Source: Parcubacteria group bacterium Gr01-1014_3 (GTDB lineage: Bacteria > Patescibacteriota > Minisyncoccia > UBA6257 > WO2-44-18). Taken from it: a stretch of DNA of 64,000 nt. Where the stretch lies: the NCBI GenBank assembly GCA_007376445.1, contig VMGF01000002.1, positions 103,928 through 167,927 of the forward strand, in the 5' to 3' direction. A model generated the notes under the pieces. The model worked only from the letters and a program-made list of their open reading frames with translations, searched no databases and had not been told where the DNA came from. Shown here in pieces: positions 62,831 through 64,000 of the stretch. Numbering within the stretch: the first letter of the stretch is position 1; each line of letters starts with the position of its first letter. Position numbers and translations under genes: made by a program.

Positions 62831-63119
62831 TGCCCTTTTACAGGAGGTCAGCCACCTCCTTATATATAAGCTCTCGGCGCGATGCTGGCTATTTTGAGTC
62901 AGCGATAGGAGCGACGACGAAGATGCGCAGGTGCGCTTCGAAGAGGAGCGACAAGCTCGATGACTCAAAATAGCCGCATCCCAAAGGGTTGTGACTAAAA
63001 TGAATTATCGCTACGTCGCTCGTCCTTGAAAGAGACCTCTCTATCTGCATCCTCGCTCCTGGCGCTAATTCATTTGTAGTTCACAACGCGCCAGAGATTC
63101 ATATACAAGGAGGTGGCTA
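62831..63119 (+). other. ~290 nt highly structured non-coding leader (hairpin 62842-62860; 15-bp inverted repeat 62888-62902/62961-62975 enclosing a nested hairpin)
   Basis: long perfect complementarities seen directly; ends at a strong RBS AAGGAGG. Confidence 0.3.
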
Positions 63120-63380
63120 GTGGCAGATGAGAAGAAAGAGTATTGCGCGAAATTTGAAGACCACAAGCTCAAGAATCTGCTGTGGCGCACTGATGACGCG
63201 ACCTTAGATGTGGTAAAGATCGTTCAGTGGTGTGAAATCTGCGGCCATGTCTCGATCCTCACTACTGTCGATGGACGAGAATTTTCCCGAGATAATCAAT
63301 ATAAACCAAAGATATTCCAGGACTGGTGTAAGGCCAACGGCCTGTTGCCGGAACAAAAGGAAGCTGCTACACCGCCTTAG
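63120..63380 (+). CDS. small Cys-containing hypothetical protein (GTG start)
   Basis: strong RBS 6 nt upstream of GTG; terminator downstream; 4 Cys (CAKF...CEICGH...C). Confidence 0.45.
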   Translation: MADEKKEYCAKFEDHKLKNLLWRTDDATLDVVKIVQWCEICGHVSILTTVDGREFSRDNQYKPKIFQDWCKANGLLPEQKEAATPP

Positions 63381-63398
63381 AGGCGGTGTTTTATTTTG
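63370..63398 (+). terminator. rho-independent terminator
   Basis: acaccgcc-ttag-aggcggtgttttatttt. Confidence 0.6.
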
Positions 63399-63402
63399 TA
63401 AT

Positions 63403-63452
63403 AGAAAAACCGCTCCTTCGGCAAGCTCAGGACGAGCCTGTGAGGAAGCGGT
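63403..63452. terminator. second, bidirectional terminator (for cspA on the minus strand)
   Basis: aaaaaccgcttcc...ggaagcggttttt. Confidence 0.55.
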
Positions 63453-63467
63453 TTTTCTTGTCAGCGC

Positions 63468-63665
63468 TTAAGCGCGAGACACGTTGGTGGCGCTTGGGCC
63501 CTTTTCTCCTTCGGCGATCTCGAAGGTGACGGTGTCACCCTGCTTGAGTTCGTCAAACGTTACACCCTTTAATTCTTTAGAGTGAAAGAAGAGGTCCTTA
63601 GCTTCACCTTCACGGGAGATGAATCCAAATCCACGATCCGTGAGAGTTTTAATAGTTCCTTTCAT
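63468..63665 (-). CDS. cspA: cold-shock protein (CspA family)
   Basis: RGFGFI RNP-1 and FFHSKEL RNP-2 like motifs, 65 aa. Confidence 0.85.
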   Translation of the reverse strand: MKGTIKTLTDRGFGFISREGEAKDLFFHSKELKGVTFDELKQGDTVTFEIAEGEKGPSATNVSRA

Positions 63666-63787
63666 TTGTTTGCTATTTATTATTTGTAATGCGCCTAGAA
63701 AGTCGACTGCATCTCTTGAGCTACACTATGGGTAGAGTATAGCATATGGTTAAAAACTTGTCAATAGGGGCTATTTATGGCGCAGTT

Positions 63788-64000
63788 TTAGTTAAAAATC
63801 GTGATCAAATAATCGTCCAGTTCCCGCTGGGTGAGATCATAAAAGCTCTTGCTTTGATCATGTAAATATTTCGCCAGCGCCACCCCCACGAACCGCCAAT
63901 GCCAGGGCTCAAATTTGTAATATAAATTATTTTTTGGGTATGAAAGCGCGAAGCCAAATTTATAAGCATTATCGGTCAGCCATTTATAAGCCGTTGCCTG
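63788..64000 (-). CDS. partial (C-terminal) D-Ala-D-Ala carboxypeptidase VanY/peptidase M15 family
   Basis: hand translation ...YKFGFALSYPKNN..YKFEPWHWRFVG... matches the M15/VanY C-terminal signature; 5' end beyond the window. Confidence 0.55.
   Translation of the reverse strand, partial: QATAYKWLTDNAYKFGFALSYPKNNLYYKFEPWHWRFVGVALAKYLHDQSKSFYDLTQRELDDYLITIFN

Noticed and set aside
63370-63452. Two consecutive hairpins as something other than terminators
   Set aside because: Each is a GC stem followed by U-runs in the appropriate orientation for the flanking convergent genes (the small Cys protein and cspA). The simplest interpretation is tandem or bidirectional terminators.

Overview
This 64 kb bacterial window is gene-dense with moderate GC content. 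It divides into a housekeeping and metabolic core and an accessory island with defence functions.

The core (about 1-50,500) encodes:
- housekeeping genes: rmuC, tpiA, murD, gatCA, greA, a cold-shock protein, and four tRNAs (two tRNA-Met(CAT), tRNA-Asp, tRNA-Lys);
- a glyoxylate-shunt operon, aceB-aceA;
- disulfide-bond and metal systems: VKOR/DsbA, a VIT-family transporter, a MacAB-like ABC efflux system, a CcdA-like thiol-disulfide transporter and a DUF1573 protein;
- a copper/nitrite cluster: a NirK-like nitrite reductase, a CopB-type P-type ATPase with a CPH motif, and a cupredoxin lipoprotein;
- a gmd / colD-like / fcl(colC)-like / GT2 sugar-nucleotide cluster that looks like GDP-L-colitose synthesis;
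- a ThiF(E1-like) plus GNAT-like pair;
- an amine-metabolism cluster: a DDAH-like enzyme, two class-III aminotransferases, a saccharopine-dehydrogenase-like protein and an aldehyde dehydrogenase.

The accessory island (about 50,570-62,600) is bounded at its right edge (62,758) by tRNA-Lys. It contains:
- three copies of a 34-46 bp perfect palindrome bracketing an ArsR-like regulator and an operon of a small protein plus a PIF1-like helicase;
- a DEDDh exonuclease, a NERD nuclease and an Mrr-like endonuclease;
- a tRNA 3' fragment and a GIY-YIG protein;
- an S24/LexA-like protein and a type II methyltransferase/endonuclease pair;
- a GH19 lysozyme-like protein;
- two toxin-antitoxin cassettes (Phd/RelE and HicAB), each followed by a ~48 bp direct repeat that copies the 3' end of a large multidomain nuclease gene.

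Other notable signals:
- 7-mer tandem-repeat modules shared in-frame by tpiA, murD and the copper ATPase;
- an orphan candidate ncRNA with a consensus promoter and its own terminator;
- a tRNA-Met 3'-end direct repeat bracketing a GC-rich structured insert;
- several nested palindromes and structured intergenic elements.

No CRISPR array or rRNA was found. All calls rest on motif recognition by eye; no database search was run.
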